Source: Christensenellales bacterium (GTDB lineage Bacteria; Bacillota; Clostridia; Christensenellales; UBA1242). From it: a stretch of DNA of 37,892 nt. Under the pieces are notes generated by a model that did no database searches, was not told where the DNA came from, and saw only the letters and a list, made by a program, of their open reading frames with translations. This document shows, one piece after another, positions 18,901-25,589 of the stretch (positions are counted from its first letter, which is position 1; each line of letters starts with the position of its first letter). Both the position numbers and the translations under genes were made by a program. The stretch lies in NCBI GenBank assembly GCA_051889975.1, contig JBJFDJ010000026.1, forward strand, positions 1-37,892, read 5' to 3'.

Positions 18901-20225
18901 TTGATTGTTGGAGAAGAAATTTTTATATATGTATCATCAAGCACAATATTTTTGCCGTTTATTAAAATTGCATTTGGGTCGCTGTTGTCAATATAGCCAG
19001 ACTTTAAAATTAAATTTTCATACAAAATGCCTTTTGTGTTGTTGTCAAAATTTAAATCAATGTCAACAGCATAGTGATAAATGTTGCTGTGAGCGCTGTC
19101 AATTGTGTTTGTGCTTGTGTTAACATAGTTTACTTGAACCAAATTGTTATTTGACAACAAATTAAATTGCAACACTTCTTTTGCAACATTTAAACTATCA
19201 ATTGCAATATCTTGTATTTTAAATTTAATTTTTTGAGTTTTAACTCTTATTTTATCAAAATCTTGTTCCCAGTTGATAAAACCTTCACTTTCACCATAAT
19301 TTTTTATGTAATCGTCATAAACCGGTTCTTTGCCAATATTATTATATGCACTGACAACATAGGCATAAACATAAAAACTGCCTTGAACATTTGGTTTTAC
19401 ACTTACCTCGCCAGTATCTGCATTTACCGTTGCAAGTGTGTCTTCAGTGCCAACAAATTTTATATATTTTTTGTTTATAAATCCAGTTTCAACTTTGCCA
19501 ATGCCAGTGGACAACATACTTGCAGGTGTGTTAAATGATGTTGATGGTTGTTGGTTTGCCACACTAAGATTAATTTTTGAGTTTGGATAAACAAGATATG
19601 TGATTTCCTGTTCTTCGCCTTCTGGTTCTGCCTGTTCTAACTCGCTGTTAACAACCAAATCAATACTTTCAACAGGAACATCAACAAACACCCAGCATTC
19701 TGTTTGAATTAAATTTCTTTCTGCCACAAGTTTAACCCAGCCACCAACATTAATTTGTTTTTCTTCGTCAGTGCCTGCATTGATGGTCTGCTTGACTGGT
19801 ATAATTTGAATATTTTTGCCTATTGTGACCTTGTATTTATCAACAATTTGCGTTTCTGTTTGGTCATCTTGTGTTTCTTCTTCAGCAGTGTTTTGTCTTA
19901 TTGCCGTGGTGTAATCGTCTTCAACCAAAGCAACGATGTCTGTGTCTTCAATGGTAAGAGTTACATCGTCAAGTTCGGTGCAACCTTCGTTTGGCACAAG
20001 GACAATATTGTCTAAGTCACTTATGACATATTCTGCCTGAGAAAAACTCATTTCCGTTAAAGGAACATAAGGTGGATTAAAACCACCTGTTGCCCAAACA
20101 TACAAAACAATGCCAGCAACCAAGCCGAACACTGCACCAAAACAAATCCCAATGATTTTAAACGCATTAAGAATTTTTTGTTTTTTTGTCATAGGAGTAA
20201 TAACAATCTCTTCATTCCTTGCCAT
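15954..20225 (-). CDS. giant N-terminally membrane-anchored surface protein with Ig-like (Big_2-like) segments and a C-terminal repeat region
   Basis: A single uninterrupted ORF. The ORF track starts at TTG 20237, but that codon overlaps the SD. The ATG at 20225 (MARNEE...) has GAGG 6 nt upstream, giving about 1423 aa. One TM helix (AFKIIGICFGAVFGLVAGIVLYVWA, nt 20094-20168), then an acidic linker. The rest is N/D/T/Y-rich beta-type sequence with Big_2-like stretches (TLATVNADTGEVSVKPNVQGSFYVYAYV). No LPXTG or other C-terminal sorting signal. Confidence 0.8.
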   Translation of the reverse strand: MARNEEIVITPMTKKQKILNAFKIIGICFGAVFGLVAGIVLYVWATGGFNPPYVPLTEMSFSQAEYVISDLDNIVLVPNEGCTELDDVTLTIEDTDIVALVEDDYTTAIRQNTAEEETQDDQTETQIVDKYKVTIGKNIQIIPVKQTINAGTDEEKQINVGGWVKLVAERNLIQTECWVFVDVPVESIDLVVNSELEQAEPEGEEQEITYLVYPNSKINLSVANQQPSTSFNTPASMLSTGIGKVETGFINKKYIKFVGTEDTLATVNADTGEVSVKPNVQGSFYVYAYVVSAYNNIGKEPVYDDYIKNYGESEGFINWEQDFDKIRVKTQKIKFKIQDIAIDSLNVAKEVLQFNLLSNNNLVQVNYVNTSTNTIDSAHSNIYHYAVDIDLNFDNNTKGILYENLILKSGYIDNSDPNAILINGKNIVLDDTYIKISSPTINYNANPRQLSWSVVINEYKSSGNVLVFGYPVFDDDGQVINYVYDYAEVEINKVKIDSLTFNNVEKEINLSWNDVPDNVQTKDLNNTVAVNPTNATYNNSSYLMYFALSDNGIIEVDDSIKIKTIDNKVYSAICKTDGAGNKTYNIINPINYGSKTDIAAVVLMYDANGELIDDGGYYKFDYIGNLSDSISVIVSKSLKVENVDVLDTNDNSIVNNNQVTISKGDAFVIEITCDDVVKSDSEFTWAIEGDGNQSVLSELKREKNDNKLKFTLTSNSDAEIEIYIADANGNKISSISNISLTILNTELQELALSTNAQNGVSVKLTSDDYAWKVIDENGNLTNDDLSFSVAYNPTNTNNTSFTVASYQCNKDYTPEELAQLKPTDLFAYPSDILTFEESYDDSSATSFKPTINKAGKAIVFAVSLSGDIVSNPILIEITLPKIVVEFSEYGNNQEIIATDGLTKSLVTYDTIDETNGRQGDKYRIGIYSKTTDTSINAGKTYYLFEDGKYIAVETPSNVYINDYFEFVDISKLVTYKFAGEYTQADGLLISGSGTKIDNNNKTLILCDIDRDVEETVVMTTEFGFESDSSQSFTYKLIADYNVVTTSQEYYAPSIVDVFGNYQEVLQPDVSDLATYYELVGEQYVITTDISIADGKTYYKQVEPAVKFTNKAGTILYLPRGYNINNLTKDYRNQFVSQVAEPVADEIASYYEFVDGDYIKTSDTTIDATKTYYQYNIKFVLNISSLGTYCSFTSDGKIRIYGVPQEDSITITSIVGVLKEDDNLGYIQDFTFTIKPAVINNFVVNDLDSNKNSILSVQTIIKEENNNEFDGNSNVVSLQDKLNYTVMNNSIVKIKKVEFSFGYVSMVGVDVFEGNKICKYQKTTDTTVDLGKTYYVKNSTGFSKVEIASDDELASYYEIVSIYAQLDYDAENNAWTVILCNNILENDISEFQLKLKVEATITKDGITTKKTDYYTIKFVIPNGN
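16149..17447 (-). repeat. four copies of a bipartite protein repeat (A-S/T-YYE-x-V ... T-x-D-T-x-I/V-D-x-x-KTYY) inside the giant gene
   Basis: Copies lie at nt 17322-17447, 16923-17021, 16701-16802 and 16149-16274. The KTYY codons were verified at 17400-17411, 16932-16943, 16710-16721 and 16224-16235. Confidence 0.75.
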
Positions 20226-20272
20226 TAAATACCTCAATCAACTTTTCTGTTAGTATGTTCAATTTATAATAA

Positions 20273-20301
20273 ATTATATAATTTATATAAAACAATGTCA
20301 A
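20273..20301 (-). promoter_or_regulatory. consensus sigma-A promoter of the giant gene
   Basis: Minus strand TTGACA (20301-20296), exactly 17 nt, TATAAT (20278-20273), about 45 nt upstream of the ATG at 20225. Confidence 0.7.
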
Positions 20302-20336
20302 ACAAACAAAGGTTTGTTAAAACCATAAAAACAAAA

Positions 20337-20356
20337 AACAAACCAAATGGTTTGTT
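20337..20356 (-). terminator. rho-independent terminator after the XRE gene
   Basis: AACAAACC (20337-20344), AAAT loop, GGTTTGTT (20349-20356). On the minus strand it is followed by TTTTGTTTTT. A second related hairpin lies at 20301-20318. Confidence 0.6.
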
Positions 20357-20427
20357 AAAATTTTTATAAAAATAGACAAAAGCATTTTTTAGATGCCTTT
20401 GCCTAAAATTAAACTCACAAAGTATAT

Positions 20428-20667
20428 TTAACTGTTAAATAGTTCATTGATGTCAACATTTAATATTTTGGAAATAAAATATATTTCTTTGTCGGTTGCA
20501 ATTCTCGTTTGTCCTTCTAACTTTGAATAACTTGTTGGGTTGATATCAATGTTGTTTATTTGCAATTTTGCTATCATATCTTTTTGTTTGATATTTTGTT
20601 TTTTGCGCAATTTTTCAATATTTAAGCCAACTATATTTGCATTGCCAATAGTTTTCCTTGATTTCAT
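20428..20667 (-). CDS. XRE-family helix-turn-helix transcriptional regulator
   Basis: 79 aa with the HTH_3 pattern (LNIEKLRKKQNIKQKDMIAKLQI...SYSKLEGQTR...ISKILNVDINELF). GGAG SD. Confidence 0.8.
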   Translation of the reverse strand: MKSRKTIGNANIVGLNIEKLRKKQNIKQKDMIAKLQINNIDINPTSYSKLEGQTRIATDKEIYFISKILNVDINELFNS

Positions 20668-20690
20668 AATAATTCTCCATAAGAATTATT
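20668..20690. promoter_or_regulatory. operator copy 1 (palindrome AATAATTCT-N5-AGAATTATT)
   Basis: Perfect 9-bp arms at 20668-20676 and 20682-20690. It covers the SD of the minus-strand XRE gene. Confidence 0.55.
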
Positions 20691-20704
20691 ACTCAAAAAA
20701 TTGC

Positions 20705-20733
20705 ATTTATAATTCCGTAAAGGAATTAAGCAA
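20705..20733 (-). promoter_or_regulatory. candidate promoter of the minus-strand XRE gene
   Basis: Minus strand TTGCTT (20733-20728), 16-17 nt, TATAAAT (20711-20705). Operator copy 2 fills the spacer. Confidence 0.45.
20710..20728. promoter_or_regulatory. operator copy 2 (TAATTCC-N5-GGAATTA)
   Basis: 7-bp arms at 20710-20716 and 20722-20728. Same half-site and same 5-bp spacer as copies 1 and 3. Confidence 0.55.
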
Positions 20734-20739
20734 AAATAT

Positions 20740-20768
20740 TTGACATAATTTTTTTAAAGCTTTAAAAT
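20740..20768 (+). promoter_or_regulatory. near-consensus promoter of the plus-strand HTH gene
   Basis: TTGACA (20740-20745), 17 nt, TAAAAT (20763-20768). It lies back-to-back with the minus-strand promoter; the two -35 boxes are 6 bp apart. Confidence 0.6.
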
Positions 20769-20774
20769 ATCAAT

Positions 20775-20795
20775 ATAATTCTTTAAAAGAATTAT
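20775..20795. promoter_or_regulatory. operator copy 3 (ATAATTCT-N5-AGAATTAT)
   Basis: Perfect 8-bp arms at 20775-20782 and 20788-20795, placed at the predicted transcription start of the plus-strand gene. Confidence 0.55.
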
Positions 20796-20816
20796 GATTT
20801 TATAAAGGAACTGACA

Positions 20817-21053
20817 ATGATTTTTAGAGATAAGTTAAATTTTTATATAAATTCAAAATTGATAGTTGACTATTTGCAAGAAAATAAAATTTCAAAAACT
20901 GAATTTGCCAAAATGTGCGAAATATCTATTGAAACACTAAACCAAATTTTAAAAAATAATACAATATATCACACACAAGATAGATTTTACATAATGTCAA
21001 AAGTTTTAAATGTTAAATATGAAGATTTAGTTACAAAATTAAGTTTAAGTTAA
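20817..21053 (+). CDS. small helix-turn-helix protein (XRE/Cro-like)
   Basis: 78 aa with an HTH-like core (ISKTEFAKMCEISIETLNQILKN...MSKVLNVKYEDLV). AAAGGA SD 7 nt upstream. The only plus-strand gene in the window. Confidence 0.7.
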   Translation: MIFRDKLNFYINSKLIVDYLQENKISKTEFAKMCEISIETLNQILKNNTIYHTQDRFYIMSKVLNVKYEDLVTKLSLS

Positions 21054-21083
21054 AAAAAACAAACCAAAAAGGTTTGTTTTTTT
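21052..21083. terminator. bidirectional terminator shared by the HTH gene and rplQ
   Basis: AAAAAAAACAAACC (21052-21065), AAAAA loop, GGTTTGTTTTTTT (21071-21083). It lies between two convergent stop codons. Confidence 0.75.
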
Positions 21084-21085
21084 AA

Positions 21086-21598
21086 CTAAACTAATTCAAT
21101 AATTGCCATTTCTGCGTTGTCGCCACGTCTTGCGCCAAGTTTTAAGATGCGTGTGTAACCGCCACCTTGACCAAGTTCTTCTTTGCGTTTTGCATATTTT
21201 GGTGCATAAACGTTAAAGATTTTTTCAATAAGTGGGTGAGCAACACCACCGGTTCTTTTTTCAAAGTCTGCTTTTGACTCTTTGTCTGCTCTTTGTTCTT
21301 GAACATCATAGAGTTTAGACATAAGTTTTCTTCTTGCTACAAGTTTTTTTGGACCGTCGTTAACAACTTCTTTTTTAACTTTTTCGCCTTTTTCATTAAC
21401 AACTTCTTTTGTTACTTTAACAGTATCTTCATAAGTGTTAATTGCAAGAGTTAAAAGTTTTTCTGCATAACTTCTAACAGCTTTTGCTTTTTCAACTGTT
21501 GTTTCAAGTTTGCCATACCAAAGAAGATTTGTTGCTTGATTTCTTAAAACTGCAAGTCTTTCATCTGTTGGTCTTCCCAATTTCTTAACTGCTGCCAT
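21086..21598 (-). CDS. rplQ: 50S ribosomal protein L17 (long form, ~50-aa internal insertion)
   Basis: KKLGRPTDERLAVLRNQATNLL...ETTVEKAKAVRSYAEKLLTLA and a C-terminal GGYTRILKLGARRGDNAEMAIIELV. Last gene of the alpha operon. Confidence 0.95.
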   Translation of the reverse strand: MAAVKKLGRPTDERLAVLRNQATNLLWYGKLETTVEKAKAVRSYAEKLLTLAINTYEDTVKVTKEVVNEKGEKVKKEVVNDGPKKLVARRKLMSKLYDVQEQRADKESKADFEKRTGGVAHPLIEKIFNVYAPKYAKRKEELGQGGGYTRILKLGARRGDNAEMAIIELV

Positions 21599-21605
21599 AA
21601 TTTAT

Positions 21606-22556
21606 TTACTCCTCATCATTTCTTAAGCTAAAGCCATAACTCTCAAGCTTTTTAATAACTTCATCAAGTGATTTCAAGCCAAGATTTCTTACTTTAAGCA
21701 TATCATCTTTTGATCTCTTTGTAAGGTCTTCAATAGTATTAATACCTGCTCTTTTTAAGCAATTGTAACTGCGAACGCTAAGTTCCATGTCATCAATGCT
21801 CATTTCAAGAGCCCTTTGTTGCTTGTCTTCTTCTCGTGTTTTAAGAACGCTGAAATTCTTCATACTTTCAACAAGGTCAACAAATAATTGTGTGTGGTCT
21901 TGAATAACTTTTGCAGACAAGCTTGTAACTTCTCGTGCAGAAAGTGTGCCATTGGTTTCCACTTCAATGGTCAATTTGTCGTAGTCCATTTTTTGTCCAA
22001 CTCTGGCATTATCAACACTATAATTAACCTTTTTAACTGGTGTGAAAATACTGTCAACTGCAATCCAATCTTGAGCATCAACTCTTGATTTGTTAAGGTC
22101 AGCTGGGTAGTAGCCTCTGCCACGACCAATCAAAATTTCCATTTCAAAAGTTGTATCTTCCATTGTGCAAATATGCAAATCTGGGTTTAAAATTTCAACT
22201 TCTGGATTAACTTCGATGTCACTTGCTTTAACTTCGCCTGCTGTGTATTTTCTGATATACAAAGTTGTTGTAAAGTTGTCATCTAAACTTGTTGTTTTAA
22301 CAGCCAAACTTTTGATGTTTAAAACAATGTCGATAACATCTTCTGAAACGCCTTTGATGGTAGAAAATTCATGTTGAACACCATTTATACGAATGGCAAT
22401 TGGTGCAGCACCAGGAAGTGCAGAAAGAAGAGTTCTTCTTAAAGCATTGCCAAGTGTTAAGCCGTAGCCTCTTTCAAGTGGTTCAACAACAAATTTTGCA
22501 AATTTGCCGTTATCAGTTTCTTCACAAGTTATTTTTGGTTTTTCAATTTCCATCAT
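21606..22556 (-). CDS. rpoA: DNA-directed RNA polymerase subunit alpha
   Basis: 316 aa; MMEIEKPKI..., PLERGYGLTLGNALRR, and a C-terminal domain with ELSVRSYNCLKRAGI. Confidence 0.96.
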   Translation of the reverse strand: MMEIEKPKITCEETDNGKFAKFVVEPLERGYGLTLGNALRRTLLSALPGAAPIAIRINGVQHEFSTIKGVSEDVIDIVLNIKSLAVKTTSLDDNFTTTLYIRKYTAGEVKASDIEVNPEVEILNPDLHICTMEDTTFEMEILIGRGRGYYPADLNKSRVDAQDWIAVDSIFTPVKKVNYSVDNARVGQKMDYDKLTIEVETNGTLSAREVTSLSAKVIQDHTQLFVDLVESMKNFSVLKTREEDKQQRALEMSIDDMELSVRSYNCLKRAGINTIEDLTKRSKDDMLKVRNLGLKSLDEVIKKLESYGFSLRNDEE

Positions 22557-22593
22557 AAAATTTTTTCCTCCAAAAAATTTTGAAAATTATTTA

Positions 22594-23220
22594 TTATTTA
22601 GAATACAATTCGACAATCAATGTCTCTCTAATATTCATATCAATATCTTCTCTTGTTGGCTTAGCAACAACTTTGCCACAAAGATTTGCGATATCAAGTT
22701 CTAGCCATTTTGGGCAAACAACTTTCATATCTTTTAGAGCTTTAAACATTTCATAATCTTTTTTGCTTTCTTTAATTGCAACAACATCGCCCACTTTAAC
22801 TTGGTAAGATGGTATGTTAACAACTCTGCCGTTAACAGTTATAAGACCATGACTTACAATTTGACGAGCTTGTGCTCTTGAAGCACCAAAACCAAGACGG
22901 AATACTGTGTTGTCAAGTCTTCTTTCAATTAAAGACAACATTTCTTCACCAGTAACATTTTTTGATTTTGCTGCTTTTTCGTAGTAACTTCTGAATTGTT
23001 TTTCCAAAAGTCCATACAATCTTTTAACTTTTTGTTTTTCTCTTAACTGAACGCTATATTCACTTGGTCTTTTCATTGATTTTTCGTTTCCATGAACACC
23101 AGGAACATTTGGGCGTCTTTCAAATGCACATTTTTTTGTTAGACATCTATCACCTTTAAGAAAAAGTTTGCAACCTTCTCTACGGCAAAGACGACAACTT
23201 GCATCTACATATCTTGCCAT
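22594..23220 (-). CDS. rpsD: 30S ribosomal protein S4 (Zn-finger form)
   Basis: MARYVDASCRLCRREGCKLFLKGDRC...; 208 aa; position between rpsK and rpoA. Confidence 0.96.
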   Translation of the reverse strand: MARYVDASCRLCRREGCKLFLKGDRCLTKKCAFERRPNVPGVHGNEKSMKRPSEYSVQLREKQKVKRLYGLLEKQFRSYYEKAAKSKNVTGEEMLSLIERRLDNTVFRLGFGASRAQARQIVSHGLITVNGRVVNIPSYQVKVGDVVAIKESKKDYEMFKALKDMKVVCPKWLELDIANLCGKVVAKPTREDIDMNIRETLIVELYSK

Positions 23221-23240
23221 TTAATATTTTCTCCTTAAAA

Positions 23241-23627
23241 CTAAATTCTTCTGCGTTTTGGTGGTCTGCAACCATTGTGTGGAATTGGAGATACATCTTT
23301 AATAAGTGTAACTTCAAGTTCTGCAGTTTGAAGTGCTCTGATTGCTGCTTCTCTGCCATTACCAGGTCCTTTAACATAAACCTGAACACTGTTTAAACCT
23401 TGTTCCTTTGCTGCTTTTCCTGCAACTTCTGCTGCTTGTCCTGCAACAAATGGTGTTCCTTTACGCGAACCTTTAAATCCAAGTTTACCAGCACTGCACC
23501 AACTAATTTCGTTACCTGCTTCATCAGTTATGGTAACGATTGTGTTGTGCTTTGTAGCTTGAATATGAACAATACCTTTATCTAAGTTTTTTGTAACTTT
23601 TTTTCTTCTTTTTGTTTGTGTTGCCAT
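23241..23627 (-). CDS. rpsK: 30S ribosomal protein S11
   Basis: [22 protein letters not shown]...[13 protein letters not shown]. Confidence 0.96.
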   Translation of the reverse strand: MATQTKRRKKVTKNLDKGIVHIQATKHNTIVTITDEAGNEISWCSAGKLGFKGSRKGTPFVAGQAAEVAGKAAKEQGLNSVQVYVKGPGNGREAAIRALQTAELEVTLIKDVSPIPHNGCRPPKRRRI

Positions 23628-23639
23628 AATTCAACTCCT

Positions 23640-24008
23640 TTACTTTTTAGAAGCACGTTTTTGTGCAATTCCCTTTGCTGTGTGAGCATTACAACGAGTT
23701 TGTTGTCCTCTTACAGGAAGGTGCTTTCTGTGTCTAATTCCTCTAAAACAACCAATTTCTTCAAGTCTTTTGATGTCCATTGCAATGTTTCTTCTTAGGT
23801 CACCTTCAACAACAATTTGGTTTTTATCAATATATTCTCTTATTTTTGCAGCATCTTCTTCAGATAAGTCTTTAACTCTTGTATCTGGATTGACGCCTGT
23901 TGCCTTAAGAATTTTTTGAGATGTAGAAAGACCTATGCCATAAATATAGGTAAGGCCAATTTCAATTCTTTTTTCTCTTGGCAAATCTATTCCCGCAATA
24001 CGAGCCAT
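23640..24008 (-). CDS. rpsM: 30S ribosomal protein S13
   Basis: [26 protein letters not shown]... Confidence 0.96.
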   Translation of the reverse strand: MARIAGIDLPREKRIEIGLTYIYGIGLSTSQKILKATGVNPDTRVKDLSEEDAAKIREYIDKNQIVVEGDLRRNIAMDIKRLEEIGCFRGIRHRKHLPVRGQQTRCNAHTAKGIAQKRASKK

Positions 24009-24043
24009 TTTTGTCCTCCATAAAGTGCTTTTGCACTAATAAT

Positions 24044-24072
24044 ATTATAATTTATTTTTTAAAACAATTCAA
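24044..24072 (-). promoter_or_regulatory. internal promoter for the alpha operon (rpsM-rpsK-rpsD-rpoA-rplQ)
   Basis: Minus strand TTGAAT (24072-24067), 17 nt, TATAAT (24049-24044). The predicted 5' end of the mRNA carries the hairpin AGTGC-TTTT-GCACT (24024-24037) just before the GGAGG SD. Confidence 0.5.
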
Positions 24073-24194
24073 GTATTAGGTGATAAAAAACCTAATTCAG
24101 CCGCCTTAAATTGTGAATTTTTTTATGTTCATATATAAAAGTGTGGAAACAATTTTGCGTAAAATATTCTTATATATAAACACAAGGATAGTGA

Positions 24195-24311
24195 TTAACC
24201 CTGTCTTTGTTTGTGTTTTTTGTATTTACTGCAAATTACATAAACTTTTCCATTTCTTTTAACAACTTTGCATGCACTGCAAATTGGTTTTACAGATGGT
24301 CTAACTTTCAT
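24195..24311 (-). CDS. rpmJ: 50S ribosomal protein L36
   Basis: Not in the ORF track because it is too short. Hand translation gives [38 protein letters not shown] (38 aa, C-C-C-H zinc motif). SD GGAGAAAAA. Sits between infA and rpsM as expected. Confidence 0.93.
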   Translation of the reverse strand: MKVRPSVKPICSACKVVKRNGKVYVICSKYKKHKQRQG

Positions 24312-24334
24312 ATAATTTTTCTCCTTTTTTGGCT

Positions 24335-24553
24335 TTAATTTTTATCACGCCAAGTTATTCTGCCTTTTGTTAAGTCATAAGGACTCATTTCAACTTTAAC
24401 TTTGTCACCAACCATAACTCTTATGTTGTTAATTCTAAGTTTACCAGCAAGATAACCTGTAATAATGTGACCGTTTATCAACTTGATTTTTATGTCATCT
24501 TTGAAAATATCAACAACAACACCTTCAATTTCCAAACAATCTCCCTTTGGCAT
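24335..24553 (-). CDS. infA: translation initiation factor IF-1
   Basis: 72 aa; ...[33 protein letters not shown]. Confidence 0.95.
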   Translation of the reverse strand: MPKGDCLEIEGVVVDIFKDDIKIKLINGHIITGYLAGKLRINNIRVMVGDKVKVEMSPYDLTKGRITWRDKN

Positions 24554-24564
24554 ATAAGTTCTCC

Positions 24565-24831
24565 TTATTTAATATTGATTTTTTTAATAGCGCTGTAAAT
24601 TTCTTCGTCAAACACTTTTTTGTTTGCTAAAAATTTGTCAGCAATACTCTTGCAATCTAAACCAATAGACTGAATATGTTTTAAGTTTTTTGTCTTTGGA
24701 CTGTTGAGTTTTTTGCCAAATCCATCAACCAAAACTGCGCTATTTTCAAAAATCTCTTTTACAATATAAATATTGTCTTTATCTCTGCCTTGTTTTGACT
24801 TTACAAAAGAACCAATTTTTATATCTCCCAA
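24565..24831 (-). CDS. KOW-domain RNA-binding protein (map-infA spacer gene typical of Clostridia)
   Basis: 88 aa; GSFVKSKQGRDKDNIYIVKEI is KOW-like. The conserved position between map and infA supports the call. Confidence 0.7.
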   Translation of the reverse strand: MGDIKIGSFVKSKQGRDKDNIYIVKEIFENSAVLVDGFGKKLNSPKTKNLKHIQSIGLDCKSIADKFLANKKVFDEEIYSAIKKINIK

Positions 24832-24842
24832 AATTTTATCTC

Positions 24843-25589
24843 CTACAAAGTTAAAATTTCAATACCTTCATCGGTTATTGCAACTGTGTTTTCATAATGT
24901 GCTGATGGTTTTTTGTCTTTTGTTCGTGTTGTCCATCCATCATCTTCAATTACAATATCCTTTTTGCCCATGTTAATCATGGGTTCTATGGCAATACAAA
25001 GACCATTTTGAATAACAGGTCCAAAGCCTTTGTGTCCATAATTTGGAACTTGTGGGTCTTCGTGCATCTCTTTGCCTATGCCATGGCCCACCATTTCCCT
25101 AACAACAGAATAACCAAAACTTTCTGCATACTTTTGAACTCTTTCTCCAATATCTCCAATTCTATCGCCAACTTTTAAACCTTTGATACCTTCAAAAAAG
25201 CATTGTTTTGTAACATCAATAAGTTTTTGTTTTTCTGGTGAAATTTTGCCAACAGCAAATGTCCTTGCAGCATCACCATTAAATCCCCTAATAAAAGCCC
25301 CACAATCAATGCTGATTATATCGCCTTCTTTAAGGATTATTTCACTGCTAGGAATTCCATGAACAATGACTTCATTAACGCTGGCACATATACTGCCAGG
25401 GAATCCGCCATACCCTTTAAAACTTGGCAATGCGCCTTGACTTCTGCAATAGTCTTCGGCAATCTTGTCTAATTCTAGGGTGCTAATTCCCGGTCGTATA
25501 TTTTTTTCTACTATGTCAAGCATACCCTTGGTTATACGGCAAGCTTCTCTCATAAGTTCTATTTGTTTTTTTGTTTTTAAGTGTATCAT
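24843..25589 (-). CDS. map: type I methionine aminopeptidase
   Basis: 248 aa with metal-ligand context (VHGIP, DIISIDCGA, GHGIG, IEPM). 4-nt overlap with adk. Confidence 0.95.
   Translation of the reverse strand: MIHLKTKKQIELMREACRITKGMLDIVEKNIRPGISTLELDKIAEDYCRSQGALPSFKGYGGFPGSICASVNEVIVHGIPSSEIILKEGDIISIDCGAFIRGFNGDAARTFAVGKISPEKQKLIDVTKQCFFEGIKGLKVGDRIGDIGERVQKYAESFGYSVVREMVGHGIGKEMHEDPQVPNYGHKGFGPVIQNGLCIAIEPMINMGKKDIVIEDDGWTTRTKDKKPSAHYENTVAITDEGIEILTL

Noticed and set aside
16477-20015. Series of plus-strand ORFs inside the giant gene (for example 16937-17131, 17219-17422, 18905-19123, 19212-19538), some strikingly Cys/Gln/Leu/His-rich
   Set aside because: They are the antisense reading of N/D/T/Y-rich codons of the 1423-aa ORF. 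They lack SDs, have odd composition, and are far shorter than the uninterrupted minus-strand frame.
15954-20301. Phase variation or diversity generation at the giant gene (invertible promoter, DGR, homopolymer slippage at the T6/T7 tracts 20174-20187)
   Set aside because: There are no inverted repeats flanking the promoter, no recombinase or reverse transcriptase, and no template-repeat copy in the window. A/T runs of 6-7 nt are commonplace in this genome.
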